Source: Botryllus schlosseri
Lineage: Eukaryota
NCBI GenBank assembly: GCA_051294905.1
Contig: CM119385.1
Coordinates: forward strand, 14,632,001-14,696,000
DNA: 64,000 bases
Direction of reading: 5' to 3'
The first letter of the stretch is position 1. Each line of letters begins with the position of its first letter. This document shows, in pieces, positions 53,594-64,000 of the stretch. A model generated the notes under the pieces. The model worked only from the letters and a program-made list of their open reading frames with translations, was not told where the DNA came from and did no database searches. Both the position numbers and the translations under genes were made by a program.

Positions 53594-55621
53594 CAGACAT
53601 GGGGTAATCGCGATTAGTAATCGTAATCGATTACGACGATTACAGCATTTTCAAGTAATCGTAATCGCAATCGATTACATTCGAAAAAATTCCGAAGTAA
53701 TCGTAATCGTAATCGACTACTTCGCATATTTAATCGATTTCTTTGTGAAAGAACGATTACTTTTTATTTGTACGACGACTGTGACATAAACTGAACATTC
53801 GTTAACAAGCAAGAGATATTATACCAGTTATTGGGTCACAAACGTCTGATTTTCAAATGCCATTGCTCATTATTCCGTCAGAAGTAGCCTATTAGCTGTG
53901 CTCGTCTTTGCGTAAGAAGTATCCAGCACATTCCACACTGATAGTAAATAGATAGTCGATGTACATTAGTGTGATTGTAAAACACCCACCATTCAGTATA
54001 TCGGGTAATCAATATATTTCAGACGCCACTACCTCGCTGCAGGATAATTAATCACGTCTCTGCCTAGTTTAAAATAGCAACTTTTGTATTGATGTTTGGT
54101 TATGCTTAGTTAAACGCAATTTGACCGTTTCTGCTTGGCGAGCAGTAGGCCTATGTGCTGGTACGAGCGTACACCAGACAAAGATTTGAAATTTTGTACT
54201 AATCAAATAAAATATTACGGTTTCCACAACAAAGCATTAAAAATCAACAGCTGGTGATATATATCATAACCGGGCCGTTTTTTTGCCGTTTCTCGTAATG
54301 GCAGCTTGCATTACATTATCTGTATTAAGTTGAAGGCAGAATTTTATTTTCACCTTCTCTTATTCTCATATTATTCTACTCAAAACGGGCGTCAATGGCT
54401 ATTTCACAATTCTTTACTGAAGATTTGGACCTGCCGCCATAGCCATCGGCTTATAGTATATACCATGTTACCGTGGGTTGTAGCTAGAATCAGAATCAAA
54501 ACAGCAAAATCGTCCTCCACTCCAAACGTTGGTCTTGGGCCCCCAAAGGGTAGTCAATTTTTAACTTGAAGATTTAATTTCGTCAATAACATTGGTAATT
54601 GCATTATATTGCATTTTTAATCCTATCTCAGCCTCCGAAGGTCAGACTTACCTGAAGAGCAGGGGGCGCGTAATCCATAATTATAACATCTGGTATCTTG
54701 CAATAATTACTGTAGTGCATGTTGTTAATTCGTGACCTCCGGTCTGTTATATAGTCAAAAGATATTGTAGTGGCCCAAACTTAGCAGACTAAAAGAAAAA
54801 CTTTCGTGAGACGCACACACAAATTGTCATGTCTAATGCTCTGTGGGTGCCTGCGGGGCATTTGCATCGTGGGCTCAGATTGGAAGGACCGGACTGTTAG
54901 TCACGCCCACCCAGCGCGGCTATTGACAATGGACACATACCCCAAATTTCGGCCAACGTCTTTCTTTGATAGCACACTTCGTAGAGTCGCATGTTGGCCT
55001 AAACTGCATATGTCTTTTGGTGTGTCGGGGCGCGGTATTGACTGGCACCATAATGCCTATTACTATGAGTTATGCAACCTTTATTTCTTGAGGGGAGACG
55101 TTTGCATTTCGAAATCAAGCTATCTAGAGACATTTAAATGGCAAAGCTCAAAGAGAATTTTCAAGTTAATGAAATCTGTCGAGAATACGCTATAATTTAT
55201 GTTGGTTCACGAAATACTTTTGAGTCCCCTCTGAGCACGCTCCGCATCCTATTGGAGCATTTGGGGTGCAGCAGTTATGGACCTGGCAATAATGCAAATC
55301 ATTGGGTGCGATAAATCGTCCTTTATAAAATGGGCAATCTGTGCATTGTGACGTAACAAGCAAATGTCACATCTGTTTTAAAGAAATATGTTATCTCATT
55401 AGGCCTTTTCAGCGCAATCCATGTATTGTCTTCCAATATAACTACTAAGATGCAAAATAAATGTAATCGTGAGTAATCGTGATTACTTTTCCAATGTAAT
55501 CGTAATCGTAATCGACTACTTCCTGATTTTGCTGTAATCGTAATCGTAATCGTAATCGCGTGATTCCGAAGTAATCGTAATCGCAATCGATTACATTCAT
55601 GAAGTAATCACCCCATGTCTG
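53594..55621. mobile_element. 2.0-kb non-autonomous hAT-type element with GTAATC(G) subterminal arrays
   Basis: TIR CAGACATGGGG / CCCCATGTCTG; exact TSD ACCCCAAT at 53586-53593 and 55622-55629. Confidence 0.92.
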
Positions 55622-56859
55622 ACCCCAATATTATAGTAAATCCATCGTCTTATTGTTGACTTGAGGGCGTTACAAATAAAGTGAAGACTCCATTGTGTCG
55701 GGCTATATTTTGCAAATCATATCAAATTCGAACTACGTCTATATATTGCCGATATGGATGGATTTGGGCCATACTGACGTTCGGCTACTCAGGAATAATG
55801 ATAAATATCAACTTCAGCCGGCTGTTGAATGATCATGATGCAAAAGCCGTGTTTGCTCCATTATAGCAACAACAGCTTGGCAACGAATAGACTTTAAACA
55901 CGAATAACTGATCCCATTTTGATTGACTTTTTGTAGATTTCTATTACTAACATCAATTTTACGGAAGAATCTGAGCAACATCAATCATTTTATTGAATTC
56001 GTTCACACTTTGTATTATCGCCACTACAAAATCATAAATTATTTTCGAAGAGCCGATCGCAAATCACGAACAAACGACAACATGCATATCATAGCATAAC
56101 TGTGGACGTGAATTCGGCATGATTGAAAATTATCGATATTCTATTCGTCACCGTATATCACTGTCTACCTTCCCGATTTTTCCAACCTGCCCGCAAGCCA
56201 AAAAACGATGCCTCCCCCTGCCTCATGTCGAACGAAATTACATTCAACTGAAACGTTCTAGAAGCCGTCAAATAAATTTCAACCGGTTTTTATGAATCAA
56301 ACTTCACGTTTGGTTATACGCACTGGATGCGATTATAATAACTAGCATAAATTTAGAGTTTAACGTTGACGCAAAGAGGCTTTTGACATTTTCACAACTA
56401 ATGATTACAACATTTCCATCGCACTTACACGGTTCGCGTGGGATTCACTGTCGTGCAGGTCAAAAATTCACGAACGCTCGTTTTCTGTTGTCGGTTGATT
56501 TTACGACTATTCCCCGAGTATATATATTTAGACTCGACATTTGCTCTCCTGATTATCATGGGAAATTTCTCGAATGCTGCTTTCGGTAGAATATAACTTT
56601 ACCTTTGAGGTAAGCAGGACCGTGTCATTTGTTTTGGAACGTTTACGGGTTCTCATACGATGGCATGCCGATTGACAAACTTCCGAAATGTATGTTGTTA
56701 TTGTGTTTATAATTCATGGTGTTTGGCCATACATATGGACATTTTACACCAGACCAATATTCCTGTTGATTGGTCCATGTCATTTTCACTCTAGGATTTT
56801 GTAATACACCGCTTGTGCTGCACGAAGTCTAGATAAATCTCGAACACAGCGGGTGGGTG

Positions 56860-56915
56860 GACTCTGAAGTTGACCTCGGTCGAACTCGAACCCACGACCC
56901 ATTGATGCTGCAGCG
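56860..56915 (-). mobile_element. SINE head fragment
   Basis: The reverse complement gives GCTGCAGCATCAATGGGTCGTGGGTTCGAGTTCGACCGAGG, matching the SINE head. Confidence 0.6.
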
Positions 56916-57860
56916 GTGGAAATATATTCATTATGCCCTGTTCATTTCACGCTCGATTTAAAATTCAATCAGCTGTGATTTGGTGACGCACATAGTCCTA
57001 TATTTTGTACGCACCGAAATCAATTATGATTATTGAATGCTTACAATATGCACCGTGTGGTTTCATATAGACCCAAGTTGAATGTGAAATAATATATAAA
57101 AAGAGGCCCGTCCTTTAGATACGCAAAGGAGTATAAGCTGCGTTGGTGATTTGACAAAACACATTCATATGAAACTCACGCAATTTATATTTATGAGCTA
57201 TTTGTAATATTAAAGACGGCGAGATTTTATTCATCCTATACTTGAGTATAGGGCATAGTCAAATCCAAATCAATATATCAAAACACGACATTTACTACTT
57301 CCCGATTCATTAATTCCCACTTAATTATCACGAAGCAGGAAATACGATATCCCCATTCACGGGTTCATCCACATGCTGTTTCCCGTGAAAGCGATAAGTC
57401 TCTGTGATGTCAATTTGTGTTAACACCTCGCATTATTCAATTAGAAAAAAAGTGTCTGTACGGTAGACATCGCGAAGTTTCTTCTGTCACATTCACCCGG
57501 GAATTCGCTTGCAGCTGCCAATTGACTTTATTCCCTCTGCGAGACATGACCCGCACGTTTCGCACTATTATTACCCGAGACAAATTTTGAGGGACTTAAA
57601 TACATTAATCTTAACAGGAAGCTATCGGTGAAAACAGAAACGTTTGGCACATACCAGTAGTATGAAAGTAAACCAGTGGTTTGGAGTAAGGTCATGATCC
57701 GCTGAACGATACTCTTTAAAATGATTTGGCGGTAGTGGATATACGCAGTTCTCGCTTGTAACAATCGCAGGAACAGAATTTAGTACATGGCGTATGTGTG
57801 CAAATTGTGTACACTCGTTAGTTTACATCGAGTTACCATTTTGAAATGGAATTTCCAATT

Positions 57861-58256
57861 GAATAGTATATTATTCATATTGAAATGAACCCGAATATTT
57901 TCGGCTGACACTCGCCAGGGGTAATCGTCAGCAACTAGTAGAGAATTTTAAAGAATACTGTACATCAACAATCGCATCACAAAATATGACGTCACCGGCA
58001 TGAAATTTCGAATATTCGGGGCGGAGAGAGCGCTTAAGCTCAATGTACTATTTTTAGATGGTACACAAACTCCTTCTGTAGACACAGGCTTGGTAGGTGC
58101 ATTTTGATAAAAGTGGATCCCAAGGCACCCAAATGAAAGTGTTGTTTATTGTTGATATACAATGTTATTTCCAATTCTTTGCTACTTACTGACCATTACC
58201 CCTGACGAGTGTCAGCCGAATATACTCGGGTTCATTCCAATATAAATATACTATTC
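57861..58256. mobile_element. MITE with ~70-bp TIRs and an AATT target duplication (Sola1-like by TSD, inference)
   Basis: GAATAGTATATT..GAACCCGA..TTCGGCTGACACTCG.CAGGGGTAAT and its inverse at 58185-58256; AATT on both sides. Another TIR copy lies at 18661-18714. Confidence 0.75.
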
Positions 58257-58602
58257 AATTGTATGTTGAAGTTCTGTACCTCCAAGAAGCTCTTCGAATG
58301 GAATTTCCAATATTATATGTATGAATTTATAGTTACAAGTAACACGCGACAGATAATATAACTCAGAGACTCCGATAAAAATTCCGTTCGTTGTAAATGG
58401 ACAATTGGGCATAGTCATATTAAACGTTTTTTTTTCTAGTATCAAATCGGCGAACGCATTCGGTATAGTGTGAATAATGATTGGTAGAACATACACGCAA
58501 TCGTATAACGATGACCTTTTCGACATGACTACATATTATGATTATGGATACCACACGTGGATCAAATTCGAGTGCAATCATCACTGTTGTGGGCGATCGT
58601 AA

Positions 58603-59118
58603 TATATATGCACTACAGAAGAAATGCACTGCCTGTGTTTACAAAAAGTTGATCGCACCGAAAACCGCAATGTCACCCTGCTGTCGCCATCCAGTCACGT
58701 AGGTTGGAGTAACTGGTACCAAGCAGCACATATATCAGAATAGGTAAGTAGTTTAGGCATTCATGATTAACGCCAAAATAGTATGCTTTACTAATCGGCT
58801 AGCATTCGCTAATTACGTGAAAGCTTTACAATTTCAACACCGATCGTGATCACGTCTCTACTTAGCAGGATATTATCTTAGCTGATCTCTCCTTTTAATT
58901 AAGGTCAATTTTCACCTCTCCTAGCGTATATAAACATCGGATATGAACGGAAAAGGCAGTACGTTCAAGTAACGAACTTTGTGTCGGCATAGCATTGTGG
59001 ATGATCGGTATATTTGTAGGAGTATTCAGCAGGTTGCTGGTAAATGGGAATGATATCGAAGTAAAATCGCCTTATTTTACAGGTCGCTAGAATAAAGTTA
59101 CCTATTAACAGACACAAC
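58603..59118 (+). promoter_or_regulatory. Probable promoter and 5'UTR intron of ILP-B
   Basis: Consensus donor AG|GTAAGT at 58743/58744; acceptors CCTTATTTTACAG (59082) and CTATTAACAG (59111) just before the ATG; TATA-like TATATAT at 58603-58609 and TATATAAA at 58927-58934. A 5'UTR intron is typical of insulin genes. The TSS cannot be determined from sequence alone. Confidence 0.45.
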
Positions 59119-59592
59119 ATGGAAACAAGAATGACTGTAATGCTTGTGGTGACTATGACTCTTTTCGTCGGTTTCGCCCCGATCGAAGGTAAACGATACA
59201 ACGGATTGATTCAGAGATGCGGACAAGACGCTGTGAATTTCCTGAAGTGGATGTGTGAGGATTCGTCGTTTAAATTTCCGTTCCCCTACGAATACTTGCG
59301 AAGTAAGTACACCAATTTTGATGCTTGCTTATTGCTCAATCGATCCGTTCATTCACGAAGTATACATCTCACGTTTTCAGTATTACGCCTGTACCGGGAT
59401 CCGTACAAGGATACGTATCCGTTTCAAAGCGCTGCTATGAATTGTTGCCGGTACGGATGCCCGGAAACCACTTACCTACGAATGTGCAGGTATCACAAAA
59501 GAATCCAACGGTGTGAAAAGCGGCAAAGGCATCACCGAACGCATCACGGAAGAAGGAAGGCCAAGCGCATCTGTCACATCAGCAGGAATTAA
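59119..59592 (+). CDS. Insulin/IGF-like peptide precursor B (exons 59119-59302 + 59381-59592; 131 aa spliced, 157 aa if the intron is retained)
   Basis: A 78-nt phase-1 intron (59303 GTAAGT ... TTTTCAG 59380) sits at the position equivalent to paralog A. Spliced protein: METRMTVMLVVTMTLFVGFAPIEGKRYNGLIQRCGQDAVNFLKWMCEDSSFKFPFPYEYLRILRLYRDPYKDTYPFQSAAMNCCRYGCPETTYLRMCRYHKRIQRCEKRQRHHRTHHGRRKAKRICHISRN*. It has a signal peptide, CG-x10-C and CC-x3-C-x8-C. Identity to paralog A is about 50% (42/84 by manual alignment) from the B-chain to RCE. Confidence 0.94.
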   Translation: METRMTVMLVVTMTLFVGFAPIEGKRYNGLIQRCGQDAVNFLKWMCEDSSFKFPFPYEYLRSKYTNFDACLLLNRSVHSRSIHLTFSVLRLYRDPYKDTYPFQSAAMNCCRYGCPETTYLRMCRYHKRIQRCEKRQRHHRTHHGRRKAKRICHISRN

Positions 59593-60387
59593 TCCCACTT
59601 GATGAACAGTAGTTTCGAGACTGCCAAAATGCCAAAACTATTTCGTTGGTTTTATAATATCAACGAACTTTTATTTTACAGCTTTTTGATACCACTGTGA
59701 ATTTTCTCTGCTAATATTATACGAAACAATATATACTTGCGTGCTATGCGTTATAAAATTGAAAGGTTGAAATTGAAAGCTCAGGGCATCTTCGGGAGTA
59801 TCCAAAGTAGGGATGAAAATATGATGGGGTGGTTACGGAGAAATATTCGGACAGGTTACAGTATATATGTTACACTTGCTGCTAAGGAATATATGTTAGC
59901 CTATACATACGCAGGGTCTGCGTCAGTAATTGCAGAATAACTATAATCAAACTTAGTATATCTAGCACTAAAATGAGACTGATAGACATCACGGAGTCGC
60001 TCATAATGCTTCCAGGCAGCAGGATTAACCATGGTAATGATCACTGCTGAATATTGCCACCACAAAACAATCCAGCAAGCTACACTCGATGATCTTGCGG
60101 TTTTTTAGCATCTCCATACTGCCAGAGAAAATAAACTGCGCCTCTTCTCCTCCACGTGGCGTGCGCGTAAAATCCGCGAATGCGAAGTGTTTCCGAACAC
60201 GCATTTAATACATTGAGCTATGGTGCACTTGAATGCGACATCTTTACATCGCGGAAGACTGTAATGTCAGCATCACCAGGGATCGAGAACCTTGGCCCGC
60301 GAGCCATATATGGCTCTTTTGGGTGTAAGATATGGCTCTTTGCGAAATTTTTAATTTTGTGATCAATTTCACAATATTGCAGCAACT

Positions 60388-60417
60388 CGGGGCCTACAAT
60401 ACTTATCGTAGGCCCCG
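60388..60417. mobile_element. 30-bp palindromic mini-insertion
   Basis: CGGGGCCTACAATACTTATCGTAGGCCCCG; 7-bp flanks AGCAACT / TGCAACT. Confidence 0.7.
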
Positions 60418-60479
60418 TGCAACTTGGTAGTAGATTTCCATGACGGCCAGAATAATTATCCTCGTGGCAGCATAAACAC

Positions 60480-60813
60480 TAGGGTTACCATACGTCTTCT
60501 TTTCAGAGGATTTGTCCTCTTTTTTGACTTTTTTGAAAGTGTCCTCGGAGAACGCCCTTTTTTATCCTCTTTTTTGAGAATTTTGGTCAAATTTACGGCC
60601 AAATTTGACTGAGATGCCGTAAATCATCACCGAAGTAACGCTCCAGCGGGTATTTCGGGAGCTGAGCCGGAAATTTGACCTTTTTTTGTTTTAGTCAACC
60701 GACCACGAAGTAGGAAAAATTTACCATTTTTTCAGGATTTTCCTCCGATTTTGCAAGTCTGAAAATTCTGAAAAAGCGTCCTCTTTTCAGATTTCCAAAA
60801 TATGGTAACCCTA
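60480..60813. mobile_element. hAT (Blackjack-like TIR) MITE
   Basis: TIR TAGGGTTACCATA / TATGGTAACCCTA; exact TSD ATAAACAC at 60472-60479 and 60814-60821. A degenerate relative lies at about 63037-63265. Confidence 0.9.
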
Positions 60814-62149
60814 ATAAACACGTCTTTGAGAGGTTAAGGCAGCGGGATATCCACTAGCCAATGTTAGGGGCTTGTACCGTCCTCTTTTCAAAATCCCCAA
60901 ATTTAAGTTGCTGTCGCGCCGGCGACTAACACCACTCGCGAAGTCGATCTAGCCACTATCGCGCGCCTCGGAATCTTGGATTGCACGATACCTTGATTGG
61001 TCAAAGATAATAGCAGACATGGCCACGCTTGTAAAACAATGCAGTTTTCAAATACACATTGTCTTCCTGATCTACGCCAACAAATGAATTGCCTTGGAAG
61101 TGACATTCACAATTACAAATTCAAATTAAAAACAACGCAATAGCTATTCATGTTTTTGACGTTCCTGAAGAGAGCCAGTCGAAAAGCTTCGAGTGGAATA
61201 AATTTTGGCAACATGAACGTATTGTGTGCTGCAATACTGGAGTTACAATTAAAAATATTGGGTCAATATGGCTCTTCGGTAGAAAATAGTTCCCGACCCC
61301 TGCATACACTCTACAATCAGGAGCTTAAACAATACCTGAATAGACCAATATTGAATACACGTGACGTGATAGAAATATAGCATAAATACATATTGTACAC
61401 CAGCAACCTATACGGTCACAAATAGATTGTTATGATGCGTTCGAGGCAATATGACGTGATGATTTTTTATCGCTGTATCTCAAAAATAGCATGTTTGGGC
61501 GACTCTGTCTTCCGGTATCAATCCCTGTTGTTATTATCCATAAACGAACTGAACGCGTGCGATACGCTACTGTCGCAAAATGACATAATATGTCATCAAC
61601 TTTTCCCGGACCCGACCGCAACATGGGCTGACTCGCGTTCACTTTAATCAAGATAAAAAAAATTTGAAGCAATTCATTTTTGCGCACAAGGAAGACGAAA
61701 ACAACACCAGCGCACGCATGCGTTTCTCCCGTAAAGGCAGTTCGAATCAAAGATGACATTATGTCAGTCTTGTGACATTTTGGCGTGACCGCGACTCTTC
61801 GAAGTACTCATAATTTCGTTTCGATAGCCAACCAAATGGAAAATCATTCGCATTTACTCACTATCATAACCTGACGGTAATCAGTAGGGAGCATCGGTGA
61901 AAGGTTACTAAATTGAACAAAGTCACATGAGCCTGCGCGTCGATACACTGATTCCTACGTCAACATTCGAGGCGACTGGAACTTGCAAAAAATGTTTCTT
62001 GATGGTGAGTTCCACATTAACCATGTTTATGAATTACACGTAAACAAGACACGTTTAGGGTAGTGCAATGTGACATTGTTGTTTGCAGTATTCATGGTGT
62101 TTGACGATTACAATGGTCATTTACACTATATGAAGATATCACTTATTTT

Positions 62150-62298
62150 TGATCCCGTAGCTGCCGACTTGTAGCACGGCCCACTTCTAGGCTTTTTAAA
62201 GACACCGCTTACGTGAATCAGATGGCGAGGCGGAGCCTAGATAAACCTCCAACACTTCGGTAGGAATTCTGTAGATTATACCACTACGCTATCACGCC
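62150..62298 (-). mobile_element. SINE copy with internal head deletion and no 3' tail
   Basis: The reverse complement begins GGCGTGATAGCGTAGTGGTATAATC and contains the core GAAGTGGGCCGTGCTACAAGTCGGCAG. Confidence 0.8.
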
Positions 62299-64000
62299 AC
62301 TGGTGCAACGTGTATCGTATGTGAGAGTTATTATTGGCAGCACAGTGGGGGATGCTGATGTATTTCAACTTTCGCTATGCTTAGTAAGGGATATCTAAAC
62401 TAGCGATATTCGTGGCACATATACATTATACATGTGTCAGGCTTCCGATCTATTAAAATGTAGACGCGGCGTTGATGGGTGTGATAAAGCCAGGCCGTGT
62501 TCTTTTGGCATTTCGGGAACCAAATGCCAAACTGCCAAAAATAAAGATTGTAAAATCCCAAAACTAAGCTATTTTAGGTGTTTTTGGCATATACCAAAAT
62601 ATCTATTTTTACGAACGTTTTAGATAGAAATGTCAACAAGTATGGAAATGAGTCTGCATGAAGCAACAAAACAAGTGTGTAACGCTAAAATCCGAAATTG
62701 AGGCTCGTGAACCCTTCGGAAGTCTATTTATTCTGCGTAATGAGAATGAAAATATTAGCATCAAGGCAAAATAGCCGAGTACTGAAATCTCGATTTACGA
62801 TATACTGTTGATTGATCAACTCGGGTAGTAAATGACATCCATCAATTAGAGGGATGTAGCTCAATGCCAATGAATTTTCCTCTTGTCACCTCTCGCGCAT
62901 TTTTCTTACACCATGAAGCCGACGCGCGCGACCCATGCTGCATTTAAGTCGACGTGTATATAGTTCCATTTATTTCAACTAATTAATCAAAATGTCAGCA
63001 TATCGTGCAATCACGTGCGATCTCGTTGGACAATAGCAGGATAACCATAGGCTACGTCCTCCTTTAAAGGGATTTGTCTTCCTTTTTGAAGAAATGTCCC
63101 CCTTCGCCCAAATACCGAATCGTAAAAAAGTGGGTAATTCGGGAGTCGAGTCAAAGTGATGACCTTTTTTAGTCATCACAACATGATTTCCAGTAAATAT
63201 TTGAAAATCAGTCGTTTTCAATTTCTCTAAACGAACTTTCCCAATTCCAAAATATGGTAACCCCAGACCGGTGGTTCTTAACCTGAGGGTAATTACCCCC
63301 AAATGGGTGATTTACCAATTCTTTGGGGGGTGATTCAAATTGGCGTTTTTTGTATACTTCTAACGGTGCACTGAAGTATTGTCAAACGTAAATATGAATG
63401 TAGGCTAACTTGTATTTTTGCGAGCTTGTTTATATTTCGTTTCACACACCATCACATGCTGTGATATCATCGTAACCAATATTGATAATGAATAAAGGGG
63501 CCGAGTGTAGTTTAGTATAGTCCTTGATAAGTCCAGTCTATTTTGCAGTAGTGCTTATCATATATTGTTGTGCATGGTGGCAAATTGAAAGACAACAAGG
63601 GGCGTCTAAGTTTAGCTTTACACCTATAACGCAGTAGCAATATCGTAGAAATATACTTGTTAGTATTGAAAAGTCTAGTGGTCTATTCTAGTCTGTAAAA
63701 TTAAATCTAAAACCATTAAAATGCCTTCTGGGTTCGCCTACAAAATGAATAAGCAATCTTAGTCATGATGGCATTGAACTTTCAGATTGAATTTTCTTCA
63801 ACTTATTACTGTGAAGTAGGATTTTGTGCAATGGTATCTATCAAAACGAATTAGGTTTGGGATTGACAGTTACATGAGATGCTGTCTATTATCCTACCCT
63901 TGTATAGATTTGACCACTGGAAAACACGAAAACAGCAACAACCTTCCCATTGACTTGATCATTTTAAAAGGCATTTCAGTGTAGATTATGACGTCATACT

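Larger units (their letters stand above)
60277..61302. mobile_element. hAT-type element (ATATGGCTC motifs) hosting two nested insertions
   Basis: CAGGGATCGAGAACC / GTTCCCGACCCCTG; TSD imperfect. Confidence 0.65.

Noticed and set aside
53594-53720. GTAATC, GGATT and GACTCGAGTC arrays as CRISPR-like or satellite arrays
   Set aside because: There is no constant repeat with unique fixed-length spacers. They are subterminal motifs within TIR/TSD-bounded elements in a eukaryotic context.

Overview
AT-rich eukaryotic (metazoan) DNA. An invertebrate chordate such as an ascidian is my inference from the short 69-78 nt introns, the repeat content and the divergent insulin-like genes; the organism is not verified. 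The only host protein-coding genes I can support are two tandem, same-strand insulin/IGF-like peptide genes (about 45.6-46.0 kb and 59.1-59.6 kb). Each splices to 131 aa with the canonical six-Cys insulin frame, a C-domain without dibasic sites, and a basic C-terminal tail carrying two extra conserved Cys. The rest is dominated by mobile DNA: a 5'-truncated but almost intact I-group (APE-RT-RNase H-CCHC) LINE nested in a hAT-type element, a tRNA-derived SINE family whose 3' hairpin matches the 3' end of that LINE, many hAT-type MITEs with 8-bp TSDs, ultra-short palindromic insertions with 7-bp TSDs, a Harbinger transposase remnant and a 307-bp tandem duplication. Most short ORFs in the track look like noise. 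All alignments and counts were done by eye; no database searches were run.
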